Positions 47,017 through 47,394 of a DNA stretch of 47,394 nt are shown here, piece by piece. Where the stretch lies: IMG/VR virus record IMGVR_UViG_3300006149_000353; one strand, written 5' to 3'. How positions within the stretch are numbered: the stretch's first letter is position 1; every line of letters begins with the position of its first letter. The notes beneath the pieces were generated by a model that saw nothing but the letters and a program-made list of their open reading frames with translations, ran no database searches and had not been told where the DNA came from. Position numbers and translations under genes: made by a program. This DNA comes from a virus.

Positions 47017-47394
47017 TTATTCGCTTGCTGCGGTGTCGTCGCGAATCTGTTCCCTGGCAAGAGCAATCGCCGCACGGTAGGCGCGCCCGTGTCTGCTGTC
47101 ACCGTGGACGGACGTCACTCGCTGCTCAAAATCGTCGATGGATCCGTGGAAACATCCGCAGGTTACTTCAATACCGTTCTTGTCGCGGAAAAAAGTTGTT
47201 GTACCATTCCGGCTCCCGATCGGGCCGACAGTCATGCAATCGTAACATAGCTCAACCCGCGCATCGCCGCACACCCGCGCGTCGCCGCATACCCGCGCGT
47301 TGTCGTATACCCAAGCGTTGTCGTATACCCAAGCGTTGCCGCATACCCGCGCGTTGTCGTATACCCAAGCGTTGTCGTATACCCAAGCGTCGCC
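47017..47394 (-). CDS. Hexapeptide-repeat protein, C-terminal part (joined to 1-423 across the junction)
   Basis: The frame is open to the window edge: ...NAWVYDNARVCGDARVCGDARVELCYDCMTVGPIGSRNGTTTFFRDKNGIEVTCGCFHGSIDDFEQRVTSVHGDSRHGRAYRAAIALAREQI. Codon phase matches the 1-423 piece once the 66-bp overlap is collapsed. Confidence 0.7.
   Translation of the reverse strand, partial: GDAWVYDNAWVYDNARVCGNAWVYDNAWVYDNARVCGDARVCGDARVELCYDCMTVGPIGSRNGTTTFFRDKNGIEVTCGCFHGSIDDFEQRVTSVHGDSRHGRAYRAAIALAREQIRDDTAASE
47259..47394. repeat. 18-bp tandem coding repeat array (right end)
   Basis: Same unit family as 1-264. The last 66 nt are identical to bases 1-66. Confidence 0.9.

Larger units (their letters stand above)
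1..47394. mobile_element. Complete temperate tailed-phage (siphovirus-like) genome, apparently a circularly closed contig (unit about 47,328 bp)
   Basis: Bases 1-66 are identical to 47329-47394. Integrase+attP, immunity, replication/recombination, packaging, head, tail and lysis modules are all present. Confidence 0.8.

Noticed and set aside
1-47394. Diversity-generating retroelement, retron or other RT-based system that could explain the repeat proteins
   Set aside because: No reverse-transcriptase-like ORF (no YxDD motif-bearing protein) and no template/variable repeat pair were found anywhere in the window.

Overview
This window looks like a complete, circularly closed temperate tailed-phage genome of siphovirus type. 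Bases 1-66 are identical to 47329-47394, which gives a unit length of about 47,328 bp, and one minus-strand gene reads in frame across that junction. AGGAGG-type ribosome-binding sites, a phi-LC3-type holin and sporulation-type sigma motifs suggest a high-GC Firmicutes/Clostridia host. Almost all genes are on the minus strand.

Layout:
- Immunity/regulatory region (about 1.2-4.1 kb) with five XRE helix-turn-helix (HTH) and three ribbon-helix-helix (RHH) proteins, consensus promoters and palindromic operators.
- AT-rich secreted Big_2 moron (a non-essential phage accessory gene) at 4091-5644.
- Tyrosine integrase plus a tRNA-type attP (6050-7370).
- Accessory region (7374-11665), including a terminator-bounded five-gene cassette of low-complexity/Cys-rich proteins that I cannot assign to any known function.
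- Lysis cassette (11704-13241).
- Tail genes (13228-23085), with a -1 frameshift in the tail chaperone.
- Head genes (23063-27255).
- Portal and terminase (27239-30396); the small terminase subunit appears to start at ATT.
- A methyltransferase and a sigma-like late regulator, separated by a hairpin-rich leader (30558-32036).
- An opposite-strand three-gene island with its own consensus promoter and operator (32186-33827).
- A long early operon (34065-47394, continuing at 1-1221). It encodes Gam, ERF, SSB, a replisome organizer with internal iterons, a DnaC-like loader and a RuvC-like resolvase. It also carries a two-domain sigma factor, two further DNA methyltransferases, a PcfK/PcfJ pair, a DUF5131 radical-SAM-like protein and two tandem-repeat proteins.

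The best candidates for something undescribed are:
- the five-gene cassette at 7374-10210;
- the RHH-RHH-membrane protein module at 2520-3314;
- the plus-strand island at 32186-33827;
- the two repeat proteins.

All functional calls come from motifs I recognise by eye in the translations. No database search was run.
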